In this document: piece by piece, positions 1 through 7,861 of the stretch | How the letters are laid out: every line of letters begins with the position of its first letter | Position numbering within the stretch: the first letter of the stretch is position 1 | From: Candidatus Zapsychrus exili | GTDB taxonomy: Bacteria; Omnitrophota; Gorgyraeia; Zapsychrales; Zapsychraceae | Length of the DNA: 37,481 nucleotides | Assembly: GCA_030765585.1 (NCBI GenBank) | Contig: JAVCCJ010000075.1 | Span: forward strand, 1-37,481 | Direction of reading: 5' to 3' | Translations under genes and position numbers: made by a program | Notes under the pieces: model-generated | Told to the model about the DNA's origin: nothing | Databases searched by the model: none | Seen by the model: the letters and a program-made list of their open reading frames with translations, nothing else

Positions 1-12
1 AATCTTAATATT

Positions 13-546
13 TTGGCAAAGATTTCTTTATGCGTTGTTTTTGTGTTCCTTTTTTGTGGGTGCGATGTTTTATATGGCATTCTAGATAAAAGAGGTGCAG
101 AAGAAAAAGAAATAGTAGGCGAGGTCAATCTTGTAGACATAAACTACAATATTGTCGAAATACAGATTTTGCTTAAATTGTACGGTTATGATCCTGGGAC
201 AATTGATGGGGTTTTAGGTCTTAAGACCAGAGACATGATAGCAAGGTTTCAAAAGGATAATGATCTTGAGCCAAGTAGATTTGTAGATAAAGATACATGG
301 CAGAAGCTTGAGGTTTTTAAAGTTAATGGTTTTGTAGTTGATAGTAAATTAAATGTCAAACAAGTTCAGTCGGCTTTAAAGGCAGCTGGGTTTAATCCTG
401 GCCGTATTGATGGCCGAAGCGGTTTTAAGACAGAAAGCGCTATAAGGCGCTTTCAAAAAACAAGTGGTTTAAAAGCTGACGGTAAAGTTGGCTATAAGAC
501 ACTTAGTGCATTGTCAGAATTTTTTAAAGAAGATACTGAAGATTAA
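13..546 (+). CDS. Peptidoglycan-binding domain lipoprotein (two PG_binding_1-like domains)
   Basis: Hydrophobic N-terminus ending FCGC (lipobox-like). Two repeats of the type Q..L...G(Y/F).PG.IDG..G.KT...I.RFQK...L...G.V...T. The TTG start is close to the window edge and uncertain. Confidence 0.8.
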   Translation: MAKISLCVVFVFLFCGCDVLYGILDKRGAEEKEIVGEVNLVDINYNIVEIQILLKLYGYDPGTIDGVLGLKTRDMIARFQKDNDLEPSRFVDKDTWQKLEVFKVNGFVVDSKLNVKQVQSALKAAGFNPGRIDGRSGFKTESAIRRFQKTSGLKADGKVGYKTLSALSEFFKEDTED

Positions 547-572
547 TACTTTGTTATGTTAGTATATAAATA

Positions 573-1241
573 ATGAAAAAGAATATATTTCTAGCGATAC
601 TATTTTTTCTTTTAGTAGTTACCCCTTGCTTATCAGGTCAGGTAAGCCTATCCACGTATTATCCATCTCCATCAGGCGCATACAGCAAGCTTATATTAGT
701 TCCACAAGACAAAAAAAATACGAAAGAATGCGCGGTAGGAACACTTTATGTTGATAAAGAGGGTTTTTTAAACTTTTGCGAGGAGAATGGTGAAGAAAAA
801 GGAGAATGGGGATCTATTAAATCATATGATTATTCAAAAAGTGAGACAGGATTTTGTATAGGAGAAAGCTGTATAAAATCATGGGAAAAAAGCTCCGGTA
901 CAAGCGTTATGTCTTTAGAGAGTCTTTGTATCCCAGATGGTAAAGGAGATTGTACTGCGCAAGAGCCAAAGGAATGTCCCGCAGATTGGATAGAGGCTGA
1001 TTATAATATGAAAAGCGTTGGATCAAATAATGTCATAGCAAGGACATGTTATTCAGAGCAAGCATGTCGAGTTATGTATTTAGAAGGTTTGTGTGTTCCA
1101 GATGCGCATGGAGAGTGCACTGAAGATGGCCCTGCTCAATGTCCTTCTGGATGGAAGACTGCTGATTATAAAATTGCTAGATGGTATAACCTCGTAAGAA
1201 CATGCTATAAGTGTACAAGTAACCTACCTTTAGAAGAGTAA
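573..1241 (+). CDS. Secreted Cys-rich hypothetical protein with N-terminal TYYPSP motif and two ~55-aa tandem Cys repeats
   Basis: Signal peptide followed by LSTYYPSPSGAY; repeats begin at 906 and 1071. Confidence 0.75.
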   Translation: MKKNIFLAILFFLLVVTPCLSGQVSLSTYYPSPSGAYSKLILVPQDKKNTKECAVGTLYVDKEGFLNFCEENGEEKGEWGSIKSYDYSKSETGFCIGESCIKSWEKSSGTSVMSLESLCIPDGKGDCTAQEPKECPADWIEADYNMKSVGSNNVIARTCYSEQACRVMYLEGLCVPDAHGECTEDGPAQCPSGWKTADYKIARWYNLVRTCYKCTSNLPLEE

Positions 1242-1287
1242 TTTTAGCCATAAAACTTACCTAAGCTGCATATATTCTTTTGCCTTC

Positions 1288-1316
1288 TTGAAATATGGAC
1301 TTTTTAAGCGTATAAT
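1288..1316 (+). promoter_or_regulatory. Sigma70-type promoter for the HAD-GH65-DRTGG-ANTAR gene run
   Basis: TTGAAA (1288-1293), 17-nt spacer, TATAAT (1311-1316). Confidence 0.65.
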
Positions 1317-1380
1317 AGTTTAAATTATTAATATAAACATATTTAGTAGTATTAATATATAAACAGAATAAGGATTAGAG

Positions 1381-2145
1381 ATGGATAAACTTGAGTTTAA
1401 GGCTGTTATTTTTGATTTAGATGGTGTTGTAACAAAAACCGCTATAGTTCATTGTGCTTCTTGGAAGGTTATGTTTGATGAATATATGCGAGAAAGAGAA
1501 GCAAGAGATAATGAGTCGTTTGTAGAATTTAGACATGAGCAAGATTATTTGGTTTATGTTGATGGCAAGCCTAGATATAAAGGAGTTCAGAGTTTCTTAG
1601 AATCTAGAAATATTAATATTGAGTTTGGCGACCCTTCCGATGATCCTTCCAAAGAAACAGTATGCGCTTTAGGAAACAGAAAAAACCTTAAATTTAGAGA
1701 AGTTTTAGAAAAAGATGGAGTTGAGGTATATCCTTCTACTATTGCTTTTATCAAAAAGCTTAAGGATAGAGGGTGCAGAATAGGTGTGGCATCATCAAGT
1801 AAAAATTGTCAATTTATTATGCAAGCAGCAAATATTGAAGATTTATTTGAAACTCGCGTTGATGGTGTTGTTTCAGCTAAATTAGGATTAAGCGGTAAAC
1901 CAGATCCTGATATTTTTGTTAAAGCTTGCGAGAATTTAGGTATTGATACAAAAGATTCTATTGTTGTAGAAGATGCTGTATCAGGTGTTCAAGCAGGCGC
2001 AAAGGGTGGCTTTGGATTAGTTATTGGAATAGCGCGCGAGAACAATGAAGAAGAGTTAAAGAAAAATGGAGCTGATTTTGTGATAATTGATTTTGAAGGA
2101 ATAACAATAGATATGATAGAACAAGAGCTGAAAGAAGCCAAATAG
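1381..2145 (+). CDS. HAD hydrolase, beta-phosphoglucomutase family
   Basis: Motifs FDLDGV, ASSSKN, GKPDPDIF and VVEDAVSGVQAG; adjacent to a GH65 gene. Confidence 0.85.
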   Translation: MDKLEFKAVIFDLDGVVTKTAIVHCASWKVMFDEYMREREARDNESFVEFRHEQDYLVYVDGKPRYKGVQSFLESRNINIEFGDPSDDPSKETVCALGNRKNLKFREVLEKDGVEVYPSTIAFIKKLKDRGCRIGVASSSKNCQFIMQAANIEDLFETRVDGVVSAKLGLSGKPDPDIFVKACENLGIDTKDSIVVEDAVSGVQAGAKGGFGLVIGIARENNEEELKKNGADFVIIDFEGITIDMIEQELKEAK

Positions 2146-2155
2146 GAGACCTAGA

Positions 2156-4576
2156 ATGAATACTTGGAAACTTACTTATAATAAGTTTAATCCTGAAGAA
2201 GAAAGTTTAAGAGAAGCTCTATGCACTTTGGGTAATGGCTACTTTGGAACAAGAGGTGCTGCTTCTGAATCTCAGGCAGGCAAGTTGCATTATCCAGGAA
2301 CATATATAGCAGGTGTATATAATACTTTGCCAACAGATGTTTCAGGAAGAACAATTTATAATGAGGATTTTGTTAATTGTCCAAATTGGCTTTTTTTGAA
2401 TTATCGTGTTGATGGTGGATCATGGTTCGATAGGTCAAAGACTAAAATACTTACATGGAAGGTAGAGCTTAATACGCGCAAAGGTATGCTTTCTCGTCGT
2501 ATTCGCTGGCAAGATGAAAAAGGACGAACCACATTAATTGAGGAACATCGCATCGTTAGTATGGCGCAGCCGCATAATGGCGCACTAGTATGTACAATTA
2601 CGCCAGAAAATTATAGTGGTAATGTTTCAATTAAAAGCGGAATTGATGGAAGCGTTATAAATGCTGGAGTTGAAAGATATAAACAACTTAATTCAAAACA
2701 TCTTGAGCCTGTGTCTCATGGAAAGTTTGGAGAAGATGGAATATTTTTACAAACTCGCACCAATCAAACTGAAATTAAGATAACAGAGGCGTTAAGAACT
2801 CTTGTCTATAAAGGTCGAGATAGGATTAAGCCTGAAATGAAAGTTACTGTTACTCATGGTAGACAAAAAATTATTCAAGAATTTAATATAGCTGTAAAGA
2901 AAGGTGAGAAATATACAATTGAGAAATTAGTTAGCATTTATACATCTCGCGATCATGGTGTTGCAGATGATTGTGATATGGCACAAGAGTCAGTAAACCA
3001 GATAGATAATTTTGATAATTTGTATAAACCTCATCGTGCAAAATGGAAAGCTTTGTGGAAGAAGTTCGATATAATTATTGAAGGCGACGCCTTTACACAA
3101 ATGGTTTTAAGATTACATGCATTTCATCTTCTTCAAGTTGCATCAACTTACAACGAAGACATAGATGCTGGTATGCCTGCAAGAGGACTTCATGGAGAGG
3201 CTTATCGTGGACATATTTTCTGGGATGAGCTTTATGTATTTCCATTCTATAATTTGCATGCTCCTGAAATCACGAGAGCGCTTTTGATGTATCGTTATAG
3301 ACGCCTTGGAGCTGCAAAGGATTATGCAAAACAGAATGAATATAGGGGAGCTATGTTTCCTTGGCAAAGTGCGTCTGCAGGAGATGAGACGACACAGACA
3401 ATACATCTTAACCCTATGTCTGGAACCTGGGGAGACGATTATAGCTGTTTGCAAAGACATGTTTCGATTGCAATTGCCTACAATGCATGGACGTATTATT
3501 ACACAACAGGTGATAGAGGGTTTTTAGATCGTTATGGTGCAGAGATGATATTAGAAATAGCGCATTTTTGGTCGAGCGTAGCTACATTTAATAGTAAGAC
3601 AAAACGCTATGAAATAGATGGTGTTATGGGGCCTGATGAATATCACGAAAAACTACCTGGCGATAAAAAGGGTGGGCTTAAGAATAATGCTTATACAAAT
3701 GTTATGGCTACTTGGGTTATTGAAAAAGCATTATATATTTTAGAGAAAATGATAACGGATGAAGATAGAGACGCATTGCTTTTAAAAGTTGGAGTGTCTG
3801 AAGAAGAGCTTTCCAGATGGAATGATATAATTCATAAGATGACAGTAGTAATGAATAAGAAGGGAATAATACATCAATTCCAAGGCTATATGGATTTAGA
3901 AGAACTTGATTGGGATGATTATACGGAAAAGTATGAAAATATCAGACGAATGGATAGAATTTTAAAGGCCGAGGGCCTTTCTCCTGATGATTATAAGCTT
4001 GCAAAGCAGGCGGATGTTTTGATGTTGTTTTATACATTAAATATAAAAGAGTTAAAGGAAATTTTTAAGCGATTAGGGTATAAATTTAATATAGAAATAA
4101 TGAGAAATAATTTTGATTATTATTTCAAAAGAACTTCGCATGGATCGACGCTGAGTTTGGTTGTTCACGCTTATGTGTCAGAGCTTTTAGGGTATAAGGA
4201 TAAAAGCCAAGAGTATTTGTTGGGCGCTCTTGAAAGTGATGTTTATGATACGCAAGGAGGAACAACGCAAGAAGGAATTCATACAGGTGTTATGGGCAGT
4301 ACATTAGATTTAGTTTTGCGAATATATGGAGGCTTATCAATATCAGAGGATCGTATTTGTATAAATCCTCAATTGCAAGAACATTGGAAGAGCATGAAAT
4401 TTAGTGTTCGTTATAAACGTATTTGGTTTCATGTAAAAGTTTTTAAAGGCAAGGTAGACGTTTTAGCCGAAGTTCCAAGAGGAGTCTCCTTAAGTCCGTC
4501 TAAAGAAATTCCAATAGAAATAAAAAATAAGTCTTATACGTTAATTGCAGGAAAGACGACAACGGTTTCATTATAA
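2156..4576 (+). CDS. Glycoside hydrolase family 65 (alpha-glucoside phosphorylase of the trehalose/maltose/kojibiose type)
   Basis: EALCTLGNGYFGTRG, ARGLHGEAYRGHIFWDE, GPDEYHE, KQADVLML, HGSTLS; 806 aa. Confidence 0.92.
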   Translation: MNTWKLTYNKFNPEEESLREALCTLGNGYFGTRGAASESQAGKLHYPGTYIAGVYNTLPTDVSGRTIYNEDFVNCPNWLFLNYRVDGGSWFDRSKTKILTWKVELNTRKGMLSRRIRWQDEKGRTTLIEEHRIVSMAQPHNGALVCTITPENYSGNVSIKSGIDGSVINAGVERYKQLNSKHLEPVSHGKFGEDGIFLQTRTNQTEIKITEALRTLVYKGRDRIKPEMKVTVTHGRQKIIQEFNIAVKKGEKYTIEKLVSIYTSRDHGVADDCDMAQESVNQIDNFDNLYKPHRAKWKALWKKFDIIIEGDAFTQMVLRLHAFHLLQVASTYNEDIDAGMPARGLHGEAYRGHIFWDELYVFPFYNLHAPEITRALLMYRYRRLGAAKDYAKQNEYRGAMFPWQSASAGDETTQTIHLNPMSGTWGDDYSCLQRHVSIAIAYNAWTYYYTTGDRGFLDRYGAEMILEIAHFWSSVATFNSKTKRYEIDGVMGPDEYHEKLPGDKKGGLKNNAYTNVMATWVIEKALYILEKMITDEDRDALLLKVGVSEEELSRWNDIIHKMTVVMNKKGIIHQFQGYMDLEELDWDDYTEKYENIRRMDRILKAEGLSPDDYKLAKQADVLMLFYTLNIKELKEIFKRLGYKFNIEIMRNNFDYYFKRTSHGSTLSLVVHAYVSELLGYKDKSQEYLLGALESDVYDTQGGTTQEGIHTGVMGSTLDLVLRIYGGLSISEDRICINPQLQEHWKSMKFSVRYKRIWFHVKVFKGKVDVLAEVPRGVSLSPSKEIPIEIKNKSYTLIAGKTTTVSL

Positions 4577-4603
4577 ATATTGATGGACGATTAGGAGAAT
4601 ATT

Positions 4604-5704
4604 ATGGGTAAGAAACTTAAGAATATATTTTTATCTTCAATACATCAGAATGCTGGTAAGACAGCAATTTCTTTAGGGCTTTATAAAGCCCTAAAAGATA
4701 GAAAACAAAAGATAGCTTTTATAAAACCCGTTGGACAACAATTGGTTCATGTAGGAAAACTATCAATAGACAAAGATTCGTATTTAATAGGCGAGGTTTT
4801 TAAGTGTAGGAGAAAATTTAAAGATATGAGCCCTGTGACAATAGGTCCAGGGGATACACAAAAATATATTCTTAATCCAAATAAAGATAAGAATCGTCGT
4901 GCGATAGAAAAAGCTTTTAATTCTTTGATAAAAGATAAGACGGCTATTATTGTCGAGGGTACTGGTCATGCCGGAGTTGGAGCTGTAATAGATTATTCTA
5001 ATGCTGATGTTGCAAGTCTGCTTGGTTCTAAAGTTATTATTATTAGCGAAGGTGGTATTGGTAAAAGCATAGATGAGATTATTCTCAATAAAGCATTGTT
5101 TGATTTAAAAGGAGTTGAAGTATTAGGAGTTATAATTAACAAGGTTTTGCCAGCAAAATATGACAAAATTAAGATGATACTTACTAAGGGTTTGGCAAGA
5201 AAAGGATTAAAGCTCCTAGGCTGCATACCTTTAGAACCACTTCTTAGCTGTCCTACAATTGAGCAAATATCAAAAAAATTAAATTTGAAACTATTGTATG
5301 ATAAAGCTGATATAACCAAGCGTGTAAAGAATACAATGGTTGCTGCAATGGAACCGCATAATATGATTAACTATCTTGAAGACGGGACACTTGTTATAAC
5401 TTCGGGCGACAGAGTTGATAATATTTTGTTAGCCGTTAGTTCTCATTTAATGAGCGGAGGTACTGGATTTCATATCCCAGGTATTATTTTAACAGGAGGG
5501 CTGATACCTAGCTCTCAAATAGTTGATTTACTTAAACAAAGTCAGATACCGGTTCTTATCACGGAAGATGATACATATACGGTTGCTGCTAATTTGGAAC
5601 ATTTAATTTGTAAGATACAAAAAGAAGACAAGGACAAAATTAGAGAAGTGACACGTTTAGTTAAGAAGTATGTTGATGTAAAAGCAATTTTAGATAGCTT
5701 CTAA
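4604..5704 (+). CDS. Stand-alone BioD-like P-loop (AAA_26) plus DRTGG domain protein, resembling the Pta N-terminal region
   Basis: NAGKT P-loop, FIKPVG, IVEGTGH, then TSGDRVD...IILTGG; no PTA catalytic domain. Confidence 0.85.
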   Translation: MGKKLKNIFLSSIHQNAGKTAISLGLYKALKDRKQKIAFIKPVGQQLVHVGKLSIDKDSYLIGEVFKCRRKFKDMSPVTIGPGDTQKYILNPNKDKNRRAIEKAFNSLIKDKTAIIVEGTGHAGVGAVIDYSNADVASLLGSKVIIISEGGIGKSIDEIILNKALFDLKGVEVLGVIINKVLPAKYDKIKMILTKGLARKGLKLLGCIPLEPLLSCPTIEQISKKLNLKLLYDKADITKRVKNTMVAAMEPHNMINYLEDGTLVITSGDRVDNILLAVSSHLMSGGTGFHIPGIILTGGLIPSSQIVDLLKQSQIPVLITEDDTYTVAANLEHLICKIQKEDKDKIREVTRLVKKYVDVKAILDSF

Positions 5705-5721
5705 AATAAGTTTAAAATATT

Positions 5722-6957
5722 ATGCCTACTAAAATATCTAAGACTAAAAAAACAAGCATAAGCCAAGCGCAAGAGCTTGTTATCTTAAGAGAAATTGTTG
5801 AGATTACAAATTCTAAGTTTGATTTGGAGTCTATTCTTGATCAAGTGGTTAAGATTGTAAATAATACGATGAAGTCAGATTCTGTATTTGTTTATTTGTT
5901 TGATGAACAGTATAAAGAATTTGTTTTGATGGCATCAAAAACACAGCATAAAAAAGAGTTGGGTAAAGTATCTTTGAAAATGGGAGAAGGCATTACGGGT
6001 TGGGTTGCTCGCAAGAACGAATCAGTTGCGATTAGCAAAAATGCATACAAAGATAAGCGTTTTAAGAGTTTTGATGTTCTTCCGGAAGATAGATATGAGG
6101 CTTTTCTTTCTGTCCCGATTATATATAAAGCAAAATCTATCGGCGTTGTTAATATTCAACATAAAAAATCTCATGAATATACAAAGGCTACAGTTGATCT
6201 AATATCTCTTGTTGCAAAACAGATGGGTGGTGTTATTGATAATGCTAGACTTTATGAAGAGACAAAAAAGAAGGCTTTACAGTTTGATAGCTTAGTTAAG
6301 GTAAGCTATTCAATTACATCAGAGGCATACTTAGAGGAAATTCTAAGTTTAATTGTTGTCGTTACCGCCGAGATGTTAAATTCTAAAATATGCTCCATTA
6401 TGCTCTTAGATAAAAAAGGAAAAGACTTAGCTATAAAAGCAACGCAATTTTTAAGTAAGAATTATACAAAGAAGCCGAATGTTAAATTAGATTCAAGTAT
6501 AAGCGGAGAGGTTTTTAAGACAAAGAGTCCCATATCTATTTATGACGTTCGAGAAGAGAAAAAATATGGTTATCGTAATATAGCTGTTAAAGAAAGTTTA
6601 ACGTCAATGCTGTCTGTTCCTATGGTTGTAAAAGATAAGGCAATTGGTATTGTTAATGTTTACACAAAGAAACCACATGTCTTTACAAAAGAAGAAATTG
6701 ATATATTGCAGATGGTAGCTAATCAAGCAGCGGTTGCAGTTGAAAATACAAAGCTTATGGAAGAAACTTTAAAGGCGAAGGAAGCCTTGGAAACTAGAAA
6801 GATTGTTGAGCGCGCAAAAGGGGTATTGATGAAAATAAGCGGCTTAAACGAACAAGAAGCATATAAATTGATTCATAAAAAAAGTATGGATTCTTGCAAA
6901 ACAATGAAAGATGTTGCCGAATCTATACTTCTTATGGAAGAGTTTCGTAAGAAATAA
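5722..6957 (+). CDS. GAF-GAF-ANTAR RNA-binding antitermination regulator
   Basis: Two GAF domains (GEGITGWVA...FLSVPI...IGVVN; SMLSVPM...IGIVN...NQAAVAVEN). C-terminal ANTAR signature LETRKIVERAKGVLM...EQEAYKLIHKKSMD...MKDVAESIL. Confidence 0.92.
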   Translation: MPTKISKTKKTSISQAQELVILREIVEITNSKFDLESILDQVVKIVNNTMKSDSVFVYLFDEQYKEFVLMASKTQHKKELGKVSLKMGEGITGWVARKNESVAISKNAYKDKRFKSFDVLPEDRYEAFLSVPIIYKAKSIGVVNIQHKKSHEYTKATVDLISLVAKQMGGVIDNARLYEETKKKALQFDSLVKVSYSITSEAYLEEILSLIVVVTAEMLNSKICSIMLLDKKGKDLAIKATQFLSKNYTKKPNVKLDSSISGEVFKTKSPISIYDVREEKKYGYRNIAVKESLTSMLSVPMVVKDKAIGIVNVYTKKPHVFTKEEIDILQMVANQAAVAVENTKLMEETLKAKEALETRKIVERAKGVLMKISGLNEQEAYKLIHKKSMDSCKTMKDVAESILLMEEFRKK

Positions 6958-6972
6958 AAAAAGGGTGAAAAT

Positions 6973-7332
6973 ATGTTTATTAAGATATTAGGTTGGATTT
7001 GGTTGATAATGGGAATAACTTTCTTAATAAAACCAGAATGGTGTAAATCATATCTCCAGAATAAGGGTATAAAGAAAATAAAAAAGGTTTTAATGGGGAT
7101 AACTATTGTTATAAGCATTTGGCTTATAACTGCAAGTTTTCAATTTTCGGGCATTACTTCAAAGGTTTTGATAGTTTTGGGAATTATTGGAGTAATTAAA
7201 GCATTTATGTTTTTGCGAGGCACAATAGCTGATAAAATGATTAAATTTTTTGCTGACGAACCTCTTTCTTTCTTTAGAATTGCAGCGTGTGGACATATTA
7301 TACTTGCTCTAGTTATAATTTTTATAAAATAA
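6973..7332 (+). CDS. Small integral membrane protein (about 4 TM), function unknown
   Basis: 119 aa with four hydrophobic segments; SD-like GGGTG upstream. Confidence 0.7.
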   Translation: MFIKILGWIWLIMGITFLIKPEWCKSYLQNKGIKKIKKVLMGITIVISIWLITASFQFSGITSKVLIVLGIIGVIKAFMFLRGTIADKMIKFFADEPLSFFRIAACGHIILALVIIFIK

Positions 7333-7360
7333 TTTTTTGACCCCGTGTATTAAAAAACAT

Positions 7361-7389
7361 TTGACAAATAATTTATTTTATTGTATATT
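7361..7389 (+). promoter_or_regulatory. Sigma70 promoter upstream of the ANTAR/terminator array
   Basis: TTGACA (7361-7366), 17-nt spacer, TATATT (7384-7389). Confidence 0.8.
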
Positions 7390-7399
7390 TTAGACAGTT

Positions 7400-7451
7400 G
7401 GGCAAAGAAGTCCTTTTTAAAAACAAAGATGTTTTTGAAAAGGTTTTTTTT
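7400..7451 (+). promoter_or_regulatory. ANTAR-type dual hairpin fused to intrinsic terminator 1
   Basis: GGGC-AAAGAA-GTCC (7400-7413) and AAAAAC-AAAGAT-GTTTTT (7419-7436); 13-bp terminator stem 7412-7443 followed by T8. Confidence 0.7.
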
Positions 7452-7502
7452 ATTTTTATTATTCAATTGTTTGTCTTTTGACGGATTAAACAATTGGTTA
7501 GA

Positions 7503-7552
7503 GACGATGACGTCCTCTTTTAAGGTATAATTCCTTTAAAGAGGATTTTTTT
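7503..7552 (+). terminator. Intrinsic terminator 2 overlapped by a single ANTAR-like hexaloop hairpin
   Basis: GAC-GATGAC-GTC (7503-7514) overlaps the stem TCCTCTTTTAAGG/CCTTTAAAGAGGA (7513-7545), which is followed by T7. Confidence 0.65.
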
Positions 7553-7634
7553 ATTTAGCACAGAAGCTAAATAAACTGGACAAAGCAGTCCTTCTTACAA
7601 GCTTGACATAAAAGCTTGAGTGGAGGACTTTTTT
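7551..7634 (+). promoter_or_regulatory. Canonical ANTAR dual-hairpin motif overlapping intrinsic terminator 3
   Basis: TTATTTAGC-ACAGAA-GCTAAATAA (7551-7574) and GGAC-AAAGCA-GTCC (7578-7591). The second hairpin overlaps the 5' arm of terminator AGTCCTTC...GGAGGACT plus T-run (7587-7634). Confidence 0.8.
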
Positions 7635-7803
7635 GTAGATGAGTAAGCGGCTCCTAAGTTAACGAAGATAAGGTTCTTATGATTTAAAAAATAATCACAA
7701 GGAACCTTTGCTTTTCTGAAAAAGTTGAAAGGCAACAAAGGTTTCTGGGGCTTAAAAGAGTAATTATGGGGTAAATAAGTTTTTATTGAATAAAAGCCCA
7801 AGT

Positions 7804-7812
7804 TGCTATAAT
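7804..7812 (+). promoter_or_regulatory. Possible second, proximal glnA promoter (extended -10)
   Basis: TG-c-TATAAT at 7804-7812; TTGAAT at 7786-7791 is only 15 nt away, so the -35 is doubtful. Confidence 0.45.
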
Positions 7813-7861
7813 ATTAATAATTATATTAAGATTATAAACTATTAAGTTTAGGGAGAGCAAT

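Noticed and set aside
7400..7634. Repeated hairpins as a CRISPR array or a toxin-antitoxin RNA repeat
   Set aside because: The units are not identical direct repeats, spacing is irregular, and no cas or toxin gene is present.
7595..7801. 68-aa minus-strand ORF in the glnA leader
   Set aside because: No recognisable protein features; the region is better explained by plus-strand RNA structure and promoter elements.
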